Source of the DNA: a virus
Virus record (IMG/VR): IMGVR_UViG_3300044960_000113
Coordinates: 120,281-184,280 of that record
Length of the DNA: 64,000 nucleotides
Reading direction: 5' to 3' (one strand)
The position numbers and the translations under genes were made by a program. Positions 9,881 to 17,966 of this stretch are shown piece after piece. Under the pieces are notes generated by a model that was not told the DNA's origin, did no database searches, and saw only the letters and a program-made list of their open reading frames with translations. Positions within the stretch are counted from its first letter, which is position 1; each line of letters starts with the position of its first letter.

Positions 9881-10071
9881 TTTGCTCTGTATAAATAAAA
9901 TTGTATGGGACAGCCCAGTTCACCTGTAGCTGAGGTTGGAGTTCCGCCTAAGAACTTCCTAACCATATATTTATTTATACAAATAAGATCTTTGATCATC
10001 GCTTCTATATAATTTTTATAGGAATTTTATGGTTGTTGATTGAAATGTGAATTTAAATACAATATATCCTT

Positions 10072-11085
10072 TTATGATTTAAGAAAATCTATTATCTTTT
10101 TTGATACTTCATCAAATTGTTGTTTAACCTTTTGTGCTTTTTCTTTTCCGTATTCTGATGTAACTTTATCAAATTTTGTTGCTGTTATTGCTTTATCCAT
10201 TTTCTTTCTATATATTGATGCAACTTTTTCTAAAAAATCATTTTCATCTGAAATATTTCTAAGTTGACCTTTATTATATGCATCATTTAACGTAAATGAT
10301 TTTGCTAATCCTTTTATTCCTCTCGCAATATCTTCTATTTTAACATTCTCAAGATTAAAACCAGAATATTTTTTTAAATCATTATGAATTTTTGCATTTT
10401 TACCAACAATATTAATTAATATATCTATTAAAAATTCTTTAGGATTAATACTAATAGTTTTTAAATCTGCTTTTTGTGTTCTGAAAGGAACAACTATTCC
10501 ATCTTTTGTTTTTTGTTGTACTCCATAACCCTGAATTGATAAATTAAGAATTTCTGCTAATGATGATAATAAATTTCCATATAATGCACCTTTAACACCA
10601 TGTTCAGGTTTATATCTAGCTTTTGCCCAATCTTTTGTATGTGTAAAAGTAAAGATTAAATCAACTTGAACATAATTATCACCATCTTTAATCATGATAA
10701 ATTGTCCAGCTGTTTTTGATTCTGGAACTGGGACAATATATGGTAAATTTGATTTTTCAACAAAATTTAAAATATTGTCATAATTTATTTTTACATTTTT
10801 ATAATCTGATTTTGATTCATCTTTTGGTATACTAATTAAACAATCAATATCACCATATTCTTTTTCAGGATCATCTTTATCATAATATGATACTGAACCA
10901 ACAGGACCAATAAATTCTATTTCATTGAAACCTTCTTTTTTTGCATACTTATTATATTTATCAAAAAATTTTTCAGTTAAATGTAATACTTTACGAACTA
11001 ATGGTGGAGTCAATTTTGTATTTTGATTGAGTGTTGTGCCCCAACCACCTTCTAATAAAGATAAAAAAGATTTAATAATTTTCAT
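10072..11085 (-). CDS. Pol-beta-like nucleotidyltransferase domain protein
   Basis: GSV...YGDIDCLI and VQVDL motifs. Confidence 0.6.
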   Translation of the reverse strand: MKIIKSFLSLLEGGWGTTLNQNTKLTPPLVRKVLHLTEKFFDKYNKYAKKEGFNEIEFIGPVGSVSYYDKDDPEKEYGDIDCLISIPKDESKSDYKNVKINYDNILNFVEKSNLPYIVPVPESKTAGQFIMIKDGDNYVQVDLIFTFTHTKDWAKARYKPEHGVKGALYGNLLSSLAEILNLSIQGYGVQQKTKDGIVVPFRTQKADLKTISINPKEFLIDILINIVGKNAKIHNDLKKYSGFNLENVKIEDIARGIKGLAKSFTLNDAYNKGQLRNISDENDFLEKVASIYRKKMDKAITATKFDKVTSEYGKEKAQKVKQQFDEVSKKIIDFLKS

Positions 11086-11343
11086 TTATTCAAATTTTTT
11101 TCTCAAAATATCTTTTGTTTTTTCTAATATTGATCTTCTTTCTGTACTTAAATTTTTACCAGCTCTATTAATATAGAAATTCAATGCACTCATGGCAGAT
11201 TTTAAGTCTTTGTGTGAACTTTTTAACCAAGATGCTATATCTTCAGCTGAACCATTAGCAAATAAATTTTCGGGAGGATGCTTTTTTGTTTCTACATCAC
11301 CAGACCACATTTTCTCAGATAATAATTCTTTTATTAATTTCAT
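11086..11343 (-). CDS. DUF3175-like protein
   Basis: SAMSALNFYINRAGKNLS motif. Confidence 0.7.
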   Translation of the reverse strand: MKLIKELLSEKMWSGDVETKKHPPENLFANGSAEDIASWLKSSHKDLKSAMSALNFYINRAGKNLSTERRSILEKTKDILRKKFE

Positions 11344-11599
11344 GATAATTTCTCCATAAATTTATAAAAATACTCTTAATTATTTATTAAATTAATTAAT
11401 TTTTTTATACATTAAAATTTAATTACTATTTTAATTAGTATCAACAACAAGAATCAAACCTTGATATTAGAATCTCATTAGGAACAAGATTTCGTTCATT
11501 CGGTATCGTAAGTAGTATTTGGTTGGTTGGAATACATGTTTAATAATATATAATTATAATAATATACAAATTATTTAATACATATTATTTAAAATTTTT

Positions 11600-11689
11600 T
11601 GGGGTGTATGGCCGGACTCGAACCGGCTATATCCTTTAGGAACTGTGTTTCACAGACACAGGGCGCGACCACTTTGCTCTTCATACACC
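11600..11689 (-). tRNA. trnH: tRNA-His(GTG) with G-1 and a long variable arm
   Basis: G-1:C73; CTGTGT-CTGTGAA-ACACAG; extra TCCT-AA-AGGA arm. Confidence 0.85.
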
Positions 11690-11750
11690 ATAGAAACTCT
11701 AGTTTTCTCTAGAGTTAAAAATTTACTTTTTATATCAGATTTTAATAACT

Positions 11751-11825
11751 TGGCTAGGGCCCCCAGATTCGAACTGAGACTATCACTGTCAAAGAGTGAG
11801 GTGCTGCCAATTACACCAGACCCCA
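11751..11825 (-). tRNA. trnQ: tRNA-Gln(TTG)
   Basis: Cloverleaf, TCACT-CTTTGAC-AGTGA. Confidence 0.93.
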
Positions 11826-11894
11826 ATTGTCAAAACACATTTTTCTTTTCAAAGATGATAAAAGTTTAAAATTTTTAATTGTTGTTAGTGTCTT

Positions 11895-11968
11895 TGGTTG
11901 TTCCTGAAGGTAACGCTCCTTCGTCTCACGATTATCAGTCGTGCGCTCTACTTTTGAGCTAAGGAACA
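11895..11968 (-). tRNA. trnI: tRNA-Ile(GAT), atypical T-loop AGCGTTA
   Basis: CACGA-CTGATAA-TCGTG; CCA end. Confidence 0.88.
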
Positions 11969-12026
11969 ATAAATTTTGATGGGGCTGCAGAGTACTGCCC
12001 CTGTCCTCCATCATTTTTTGTATTTT

Positions 12027-12101
12027 TGGTCGGCCCACCCAGATTCGAACTGAGAAAGATTGATTAAAAGTCAATTATGATACCAATTTCATCATGGGCC
12101 G
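12027..12101 (-). tRNA. trnK: tRNA-Lys(TTT)
   Basis: ATTGA-CTTTTAA-TCAAT. Confidence 0.92.
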
Positions 12102-12134
12102 AATGCTTTCCATTTTCAATTGTAACATTATGAT

Positions 12135-12224
12135 TGGCTGTCCAGGCAGGGATCGAACCTGCGTAAGTATCTCTACTCTCTCCGCTTAACAGGCGGGGCC
12201 GTTACCAACTCCGGTCACTGGACA
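12135..12224 (-). tRNA. trnN: tRNA-Asn(GTT) with a long variable arm
   Basis: CCCGC-CTGTTAA-GCGGA; AGTA-GAGA-TACT arm; G73. Confidence 0.82.
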
Positions 12225-12240
12225 TCTATTTTTAATCTTT

Positions 12241-12335
12241 TGATCTGCATCTCGTGCAGCTTCTCCAGATTTCCGCCTATTTAAATCCATTTTTAATCTG
12301 GTGGATTTTGGCTCTCGTTACCATTTTTACCAGTA
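12241..12335 (-). ncRNA. candidate pseudoknotted RNA
   Basis: AAATCCA/TGGATTT stem whose loop CCAGATT pairs with AATCTGG; CTGCA/TGCAG hairpin; GC-enriched. Confidence 0.45.
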
Positions 12336-12347
12336 TTATAAAACAAC

Positions 12348-12377
12348 TTAGGGTCTAAACTTTCGTTTTGACCCTAA
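12348..12377 (-). terminator. attenuator terminator C
   Basis: TTAGGGTC/GACCCTAA with a GAAA-capped AAAC/GTTT, followed by GTTGTTTT. Confidence 0.75.
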
Positions 12378-12410
12378 ATATATTTTTTGTGTTTAAGAGA
12401 ATAATATTAT

Positions 12411-12515
12411 TTAGGGCCATTCCCTATTTTGTTTATGATCAATAGTGCGAATAGTGACCTGTGCAGTTTTAATCTGCACTGTCTGTTTTCTATTTGTATT
12501 AATCATAAAAGCCAT
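12411..12515 (-). CDS. leader peptide C (34 aa) MAFMINTNRKQTVQIKTAQVTIRTIDHKQNREWP
   Basis: GGAG RBS; 3' end GGCCCTAAATA pairs with the terminator 5' arm. Confidence 0.75.
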   Translation of the reverse strand: MAFMINTNRKQTVQIKTAQVTIRTIDHKQNREWP

Positions 12516-12715
12516 TTTATATTACTCCATTTAAACATAAATCTATTTATTGATATTTCAAAAATTTTTAATAAAAACCCTAAAATAAGGTTTTTATTAA
12601 AAGTGATTATAATATTGATTTTCCCACAACAAGGTCTTTATCACACCTATCCTTTAGTCATTCATTATCATCACGACCATAAGTCAAACTGCAATTGAGT
12701 ATGAACTGTATTTTT

Positions 12716-12837
12716 AAACTCTGCCCCCGAAGCTGTAAAGTTATAGTCGCTCCGATTTCTGCTCCCACAGCGGCCGATTTGTTGAATTGAGTACTGGGAG
12801 ATACTCAATTTTTTGTCGGCCCTTAGCGACAGAGTTT
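12716..12837 (-). ncRNA. candidate structured RNA (about 122 nt)
   Basis: AAACTCTGTC/GGCAGAGTTT, GGCCGA/TCGGCC, TTGAGTA/TACTCAA, GCTGT/ACAGC; starts just after a promoter. Confidence 0.6.
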
Positions 12838-12856
12838 TTATTTAAAATATGTAGAT

Positions 12857-12885
12857 ATTATATCTAATATCAAACAAAAAGTAAA
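12857..12885 (-). promoter_or_regulatory. sigma70-like promoter TTTACT-N17-TATAAT
   Basis: Exact motif. Confidence 0.7.
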
Positions 12886-12997
12886 CAGTTATTTTGATAA
12901 ATATTTTTATTAATTAATAAATAGATTTTATATATTTAAAATTACTATATAAGAATAATATTCTAGGAGTCTCTGAGATCATCCTAGTGTCTCTGGA

Positions 12998-13342
12998 TTA
13001 TATACTTTTTCTAATTTTAACCCAATCTATTTTGTTAAATTTTCGCATATCACATTCCCCAGCAATTTTTAACATTTTAGAAAGAGTATATTTTTCATTA
13101 TCAAAAAGACAATATGTCTCTACCGTATTAATATGAATAGGATTAATAATAATTTTACCTTCTGAAAATTTTGCTATTTGTTTAGAAGTTTCTATTAAAG
13201 AAACATATCCACCTTTCATTAATCTTAATGCAATTACAACAAATTCTCCCCTTTCATTATCATCTGAAAAATCAAATGAAAAATTAATTGTGTGTAAATT
13301 ATTATCTTTAGTTTTACATTCAATAATCAAGTAAGCTTTCAT
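12998..13342 (-). CDS. hypothetical protein
   Basis: ORF track. Confidence 0.6.
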   Translation of the reverse strand: MKAYLIIECKTKDNNLHTINFSFDFSDDNERGEFVVIALRLMKGGYVSLIETSKQIAKFSEGKIIINPIHINTVETYCLFDNEKYTLSKMLKIAGECDMRKFNKIDWVKIRKSI

Positions 13343-13415
13343 AATTTATATAAAAAATAGACAATATAAATTATCAAAAAGAAATAGACATAAACTATTA
13401 AAATTTAAAAATAAT

Positions 13416-14303
13416 TTATGTCCATAAATATCGACGTATTTTAATTAAACGTTCTAACATTTCATCATCTTCTTTAATATAAGATTCTTCTATTTCAATC
13501 ATTTTATCTTGACATTTTTTCCATTCTTCATCTATTTTTTCATCATTATCTTCTATCATATCAATGATACTATTTTTTCCATTTTTGTATTTTGAATTAT
13601 AATACTCAGTATATCCAGATTCATCCATTGGATCTTTTCTCATTGGTCGAATAAATTTCCACCAAACATAAAGATCAAGAATTTCTAATGCAGCTTCAGC
13701 CTGATGTGTTGGTTTCATATATTCAGGATTATTTTTTCTTTTTTCATCTACTACATCTTTTCCTTCTTTTTCTTCCAACCAAGTATAACCAAACCAATTA
13801 TCATCTTTTAATAATTTTGTTTCCCATAAAAGATAATCGACGCCTAATTGTTGACTTCTAATAGGAATAAATTTATGTATAAAATATGGTAAATATTTGA
13901 CATACCATGGTTTTTTAGAATTATCACACCACATATTTAAACTAGCTTTTTCAATTTCAACAAAATCTACTAAAAGTTCAAACATTCCATGTAACATTTT
14001 TTCTTCTGTTTCATGCCATGAACCTTTTGATAAACGAGTATTAATTATATGAGATGGTGAAATAAAACGTAAGTTAAACCAATATGCAAAATTATCTAAT
14101 TTATCTTTTGGCCAATAGACTATATCTTGAAGTAAATCTAAACCATCTTCAGATAACCAATATAAAAATTTATTTTTTTCTTTAGCTTTTTTATGATATT
14201 CTTTCCAACCTTTTGCGTCTGCTGCTAAAGGTTTAGGATCAATACCTCCCAATTTTTTTAACCAATTAGAAAATTTAGAACAACTCCAATATGAAACTCT
14301 CAT
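13416..14303 (-). CDS. hypothetical phage protein
   Basis: 295-aa ORF with AGGAG RBS. Confidence 0.75.
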   Translation of the reverse strand: MRVSYWSCSKFSNWLKKLGGIDPKPLAADAKGWKEYHKKAKEKNKFLYWLSEDGLDLLQDIVYWPKDKLDNFAYWFNLRFISPSHIINTRLSKGSWHETEEKMLHGMFELLVDFVEIEKASLNMWCDNSKKPWYVKYLPYFIHKFIPIRSQQLGVDYLLWETKLLKDDNWFGYTWLEEKEGKDVVDEKRKNNPEYMKPTHQAEAALEILDLYVWWKFIRPMRKDPMDESGYTEYYNSKYKNGKNSIIDMIEDNDEKIDEEWKKCQDKMIEIEESYIKEDDEMLERLIKIRRYLWT

Positions 14304-14372
14304 AATTTTGTCTCCTATTATAATAGGTAATAAATATATACTTTGAATAATTAAAATTATATAATTATCGTT

Positions 14373-14660
14373 TTATTCATGTAATTGAATATTTTTTCCT
14401 GATTTTAAAATATTAAAATTATCAATTATTACACCAAATACATATGCCATAGTAACAGTTAATGAAATACTAAAAGCCCATGTTAATGCAGATGTATGTA
14501 ATGAATTTGTTGGTTCTCCATTTATTATTAACCATGTTATAAGTGACCAACAATATAAAAGTGTAACAACAATAATATTTTTTCTAATTGTTTTTGTTGG
14601 TAGTTGATTTTGATTTTGTATTTGTTCTGACATTTTAATTCCTTCTCCTAAATAATTCAC
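14373..14660 (-). CDS. two-TM membrane protein
   Basis: Two hydrophobic segments; likely start at MSEQ after AGGAG. Confidence 0.6.
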   Translation of the reverse strand: MNYLGEGIKMSEQIQNQNQLPTKTIRKNIIVVTLLYCWSLITWLIINGEPTNSLHTSALTWAFSISLTVTMAYVFGVIIDNFNILKSGKNIQLHE

Positions 14661-14676
14661 ATAATTTTACTTTCGG

Positions 14677-14764
14677 GGGCGGAAGGTGTGGGACTCGAAC
14701 CCACGAGACCATTGCTGGTCCACTGCTTTCCAGGCAGTTCTCATAGCCGCTAGAGGAACCTTCC
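14677..14764 (-). tRNA. trnS: tRNA-Ser(GGA), ends in CCC
   Basis: ACTGC-CTGGAAA-GCAGT; near-identical to 15752-15839. Confidence 0.9.
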
Positions 14765-14863
14765 ATTTTACAAAATAAAGGAGATGTCTAACCTCTCAAA
14801 CCAACCCAGTATTAATATTATATATCATTCTATAGCATTATTTATATACTAAATTTAAAAAAT

Positions 14864-14890
14864 AAAAAGCGAACTACAAGTTCGCTTTTT
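14864..14890. terminator. bidirectional intrinsic terminator
   Basis: AAAAAGCGAAC/GTTCGCTTTTT. Confidence 0.75.
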
Positions 14891-15086
14891 ATCTCAACCA
14901 TACTTTTTATCGTATAGTTTTAACGCATTTATTCTAGCTAAAAACAATCTTATCTTAATAATATCATCTAATTCTTCTCTATGTTTAACTAATCGTATAG
15001 ATTTAGATTGTAACAAAACATCAAAATCTATATCTATATCATTTAATTCTTGATTGTTTGTACCAGTTAATAAAAAAATAATTCTA

Positions 15087-15341
15087 TTATTTAGCTGGCT
15101 TAGCTTCGACTTTTGCTTTACTTTTAGTGTTAGTTTTTTTACTAGCAGATTTTTTAACAGCTTTCTTTACTGGCTCAGCTTTTGCTGGTGTAGGTGCGAC
15201 AGCTGTAGAAGCAGCAGGAACAGCAGGAGCAGTCTTAGGTGCATCAGCTGCTAAAACTGAAGAAATACCAAATGTGATGACTAAAGCTGAAACTAGAAGT
15301 GAATTTTTCATATTAGATCTCCTTATATTAATTAGATACAA
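15087..15341 (-). CDS. exported Ala/Pro/Lys-rich small protein (Asr-like)
   Basis: Signal peptide MKNSLLVSALVITFGISSVLAA (probable true start), basic low-complexity tail. Confidence 0.65.
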   Translation of the reverse strand: MYLINIRRSNMKNSLLVSALVITFGISSVLAADAPKTAPAVPAASTAVAPTPAKAEPVKKAVKKSASKKTNTKSKAKVEAKPAK

Positions 15342-15411
15342 ACGGAATTATCTGTATCTATATAATTAATACTCCTAGGAGAGAAAAGTTACATATATTT
15401 AGGAAATATTT

Positions 15412-15496
15412 TGGTGCGTAGGGAGGGAGTCGAACCCTCAATCCTTTCGGCGCTGGCTTCTAAGACCAGAGTGTATTCCAGTTCCACCACCTACGC
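15412..15496 (-). tRNA. trnL: tRNA-Leu(TAG)
   Basis: CTGGT-CTTAGAA-GCCAG. Confidence 0.93.
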
Positions 15497-15501
15497 ATTA
15501 A

Positions 15502-15584
15502 TGGTGCCCTCAACAGGATTCGAACCTGTAAAAGCTCTGGGTTTGAGCCAGTCGTCTGTGCCAATTTAACTAAGCCATGAGGGC
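15502..15584 (-). tRNA. trnL: tRNA-Leu(CAA), atypical D arm
   Basis: CTGG-CTCAAAC-CCAG; canonical T arm and CCA. Confidence 0.75.
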
Positions 15585-15594
15585 AATTTTTGTT

Positions 15595-15668
15595 TGGAAA
15601 CGAGGGCGGGAATCGAACCCACCTCTTGGGTTTTGCAGACCCAGGCACAACCACTATACCACCTCGTC
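15595..15668 (-). tRNA. trnC: tRNA-Cys(GCA)
   Basis: TGGGT-CTGCAAA-ACCCA; U73. Confidence 0.93.
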
Positions 15669-15673
15669 AATTT

Positions 15674-15749
15674 TGGTGCTCCAGGAAAGAATCGAACTTT
15701 CTTTTCATCTTTACCAAAGATGTGTATTACACCAATATACTACAGGAGC
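15674..15749 (-). tRNA. trnT: tRNA-Thr(GGT)
   Basis: CATCT-TTGGTAA-AGATG. Confidence 0.9.
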
Positions 15750-15751
15750 AA

Positions 15752-15839
15752 TGGCGGAAGGTGTGGGACTCGAACCCACGAGACCATTGCTGGTCTACTG
15801 CTTTCGAGGCAGTTCTCATAGCCGCTAGAGGAACCTTCC
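15752..15839 (-). tRNA. trnS: tRNA-Ser(CGA)
   Basis: ACTGC-CTCGAAA-GCAGT, long variable arm. Confidence 0.92.
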
Positions 15840-15902
15840 ATATTTTTATTATTAATTCTTACTCTATCTTCTTATGGCCCAGAATATAATGTTAAATTTT
15901 TT

Positions 15903-15998
15903 TGGCGGAGATGGTAGGATTCGAACCTACGTGTCCTTTTTTTGGAGGACCCATTGTTTTCAAGACAAGTACCTTAAGCCAGACTCAGTCACATCTCC
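15903..15998 (-). tRNA. trnS: tRNA-Ser(TGA)
   Basis: TTGT-CTTGAAA-ACAA, long variable arm, G73. Confidence 0.92.
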
Positions 15999-16003
15999 AT
16001 TTT

Positions 16004-16104
16004 GTTCTTGCCGGATACTCATCCGAGTAGGAGCAATGGTCCGGCGCCAAAGGCAAGATTTACTACGTGCTTGCACACTCCACCTAGCATTTCGGCTAGG
16101 CAAC
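16004..16104 (-). ncRNA. candidate pseudoknotted RNA between Ser tRNAs
   Basis: CCTAGC/GCTAGG, TCTTGCC/GGCAAGA, TACTC/GAGTA, GGAG/CTCC. Confidence 0.5.
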
Positions 16105-16117
16105 TTCTTTTACATAA

Positions 16118-16205
16118 TGGCGGAAGTTAGAGGATTCGAACCTCTGTGACCTTTCGGTCGATCTGTTTAGCAAACAGTCCCAATAGGCCTCTCTGGCAAA
16201 CTTCC
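16118..16205 (-). tRNA. trnS: tRNA-Ser(GCT)
   Basis: CTGT-TTGCTAA-ACAG, long variable arm. Confidence 0.92.
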
Positions 16206-16232
16206 AAAATTTTAATATAATATCTTTTTTAA

Positions 16233-16310
16233 TGGTCGGTGTGGCAGGATTCGAACCTGCGGTTTCCTGCTCCCAAAGCAGGCGACTTAACCGAGCTAGC
16301 CTACACACCG
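16233..16310 (-). tRNA. trnP: tRNA-Pro(TGG)
   Basis: CCTGC-TTTGGGA-GCAGG. Confidence 0.95.
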
Positions 16311-16332
16311 AAAAAATTTAAAAATTTTAATT

Positions 16333-17010
16333 TTAAACTAAATTATTTTTAATATCTTCTAATGATCTAATTAGATTCTTAACATAGACACCTAAAGAAT
16401 CCATTGACATATATAAATCATTAACAAGTTTTTTAGATTCTGGTGTTATTGTTTTATCTTTTTTCATTTTATCTACACGATATGATAAAACCATATTTGA
16501 TGTATCTGGACTTTCAGAATCTAATTTTGATTTAACAATGTCATATTTTTTTCGTATTTCATCTATTTGATTTAAAAATCCTTCATCGTATTTTTTATAT
16601 TTCTTATACCAATAAGTTATTAATCCATGAGGATCATGATTTTCAGCTGATTCTAAAATACGATTTAATATATCAATAGTATTGTCAATTCTAAAATCTT
16701 TTCTATCTACTTTTGGAAGATATTTAGAAAGCATTTCTTTAATAAAATCTTCAAGATGTTTTTCTAATTCTGTTTCTAATTCGTTTTTATTTGAATATTT
16801 GCTAAATCCTTTATTTTTTAAATATCCAGGTATCACTCCATCATTATAATATTTGTAGTACTGATAAAAAACTCTATCTTTTCTTTCTTTATCTGTTTTT
16901 GATAAAATATTTTTATCATACATCCATGCCATTAATTTATCAATTTTTGATAATTTATTATTCCATGCTCTACCTGGTTTTGAAGCTTCAAATAATTCAG
17001 ATACTTTCAT
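16333..17010 (-). CDS. hypothetical protein with CTS-like N-terminus (MKVSELFE)
   Basis: Two TATAAATA motifs upstream (17047-17064). Confidence 0.7.
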   Translation of the reverse strand: MKVSELFEASKPGRAWNNKLSKIDKLMAWMYDKNILSKTDKERKDRVFYQYYKYYNDGVIPGYLKNKGFSKYSNKNELETELEKHLEDFIKEMLSKYLPKVDRKDFRIDNTIDILNRILESAENHDPHGLITYWYKKYKKYDEGFLNQIDEIRKKYDIVKSKLDSESPDTSNMVLSYRVDKMKKDKTITPESKKLVNDLYMSMDSLGVYVKNLIRSLEDIKNNLV

Positions 17011-17080
17011 TCTATATCTCCATTACTAGAACAATTAATATGTTAATATTTATAAGTATTTATAGAATTATAACATATTT

Positions 17081-17168
17081 TGGTGCAGCAGGTAGGATTT
17101 GCACCTACTCAGCACTAAGGCGCCGAATTTACAGTCCGGTGAGGCTCTCTAAACTCCCCCGCTGCTGC
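17081..17168 (-). tRNA. trnY: tRNA-Tyr(GTA)
   Basis: CCGGA-CTGTAAA-TTCGG, variable arm. Confidence 0.88.
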
Positions 17169-17174
17169 ATTAAC

Positions 17175-17249
17175 TGGTAACCAAGAAGAATTTCGAAATC
17201 TCGACCTTTTGCATGTCATGCAAACGCTCTTCCTCTGAGCTACTTGGTT
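17175..17249 (-). tRNA. trnV: tRNA-Val(GAC)
   Basis: TTTGC-ATGACAT-GCAAA (A32 atypical). Confidence 0.8.
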
Positions 17250-17269
17250 ATTTTTTACATATAATATTT

Positions 17270-17353
17270 TGGTGGGGTATCTAGGTAACGATCCTAGCTG
17301 GCCGAAGCATAAGTTTTACAGACTCCAGTGTCTCCTTAACACTCTAATACCCC
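17270..17353 (-). tRNA. trnY: tRNA-Tyr(GTA), T-loop ATCGTTA
   Basis: GAGT-CTGTAAA-ACTT. Confidence 0.78.
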
Positions 17354-17364
17354 ATATAATCATT

Positions 17365-17439
17365 TGGTGCCTCGTGAAGGTTACGCTCCTTCTACCCTTC
17401 GCTTGTAAGGCGAATGCTCTACTATTGAGCTAACGAGGC
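17365..17439 (-). tRNA. trnV: tRNA-Val(TAC), T-loop AGCGTAA
   Basis: TTCGC-CTTACAA-GCGAA. Confidence 0.88.
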
Positions 17440-17447
17440 ATTTAAAA

Positions 17448-17594
17448 GAGTATTAATCGACACATGGGTTTAAGGACTTCATAGATATGTCCTCTCAATT
17501 TGATTATACAAGTTGTCCATACTTGTAAATTGAGATTACGTTAACGCTTTGGTCGATCAAGCAGGCGGACACACCAATTTGTTCCCTAATACTC
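17448..17594 (-). ncRNA. candidate structured RNA (147 nt) abutting the tRNA-Phe CCA
   Basis: GAGTATTA/TAATACTC closing stem, GATCGAC/GTCGATT, TCTCAATTT/AAATTGAGA, ACAAGT/ACTTGT, GGAC/GTCC. Confidence 0.6.
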
Positions 17595-17673
17595 TGGTGC
17601 AAGGTCCAGGAATCGAACCTGGTTTTACTGCTCTTCAGGCAGTCGCTGAAATCACCAGACTAGCTCACCTTGC
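17595..17673 (-). tRNA. trnF: tRNA-Phe(GAA), enlarged D loop
   Basis: ACTGC-CTGAAGA-GCAGT. Confidence 0.85.
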
Positions 17674-17684
17674 ATATTTCAACT

Positions 17685-17783
17685 ACCTCGTATCAATTGC
17701 ACAGCACTATTATTACATTATTATTGTCTACCAGTGGCCACAGATTAGTGTAATCATTCCCTAGTTCGTCAACTAGGCGAGAT
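17685..17783 (-). ncRNA. candidate structured RNA (about 99 nt)
   Basis: ATCTCG/CGAGGT closure, CCTAGTT-GACG-AACTAGG, ATTAC/GTAAT. Confidence 0.45.
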
Positions 17784-17794
17784 TATTTAATAAT

Positions 17795-17874
17795 TGGTGG
17801 ACCTCCAGGGATTTGAACCCTGCTGAATATCCGCATTGCAAGTGCGGCGAACACCCCAAGCATTCCCGAAGCCC
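17795..17874 (-). tRNA. trnA: tRNA-Ala(TGC)
   Basis: G3:U70; CCGCA-CTTGCAA-TGCGG. Confidence 0.92.
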
Positions 17875-17884
17875 ATTATGTTTT

Positions 17885-17958
17885 TGGCGGGCTGCCAAGG
17901 AATCGAACCCTGATCTGATGTTTTGGAGACATCCATTCTACCACTGAACTAGCAACCC
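17885..17958 (-). tRNA. trnW: tRNA-Trp(CCA)
   Basis: GATGT-CTCCAAA-ACATC. Confidence 0.93.
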
Positions 17959-17966
17959 GTTTTTAT

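Noticed and set aside
11645-12074. ORFs overlapping tRNA clusters (also 4647-4829, 15460-16308, 16899-17180, 17549-17764, 20823-21008, 21196-21480)
   Set aside because: They are translations of tRNA or ncRNA sequence on either strand, with no RBS or protein-like motifs.
17448-17594. Theta (HDV-like) ribozyme after tRNA-Phe
   Set aside because: The first helix pairs with the extreme 3' end, which is not HDV topology.
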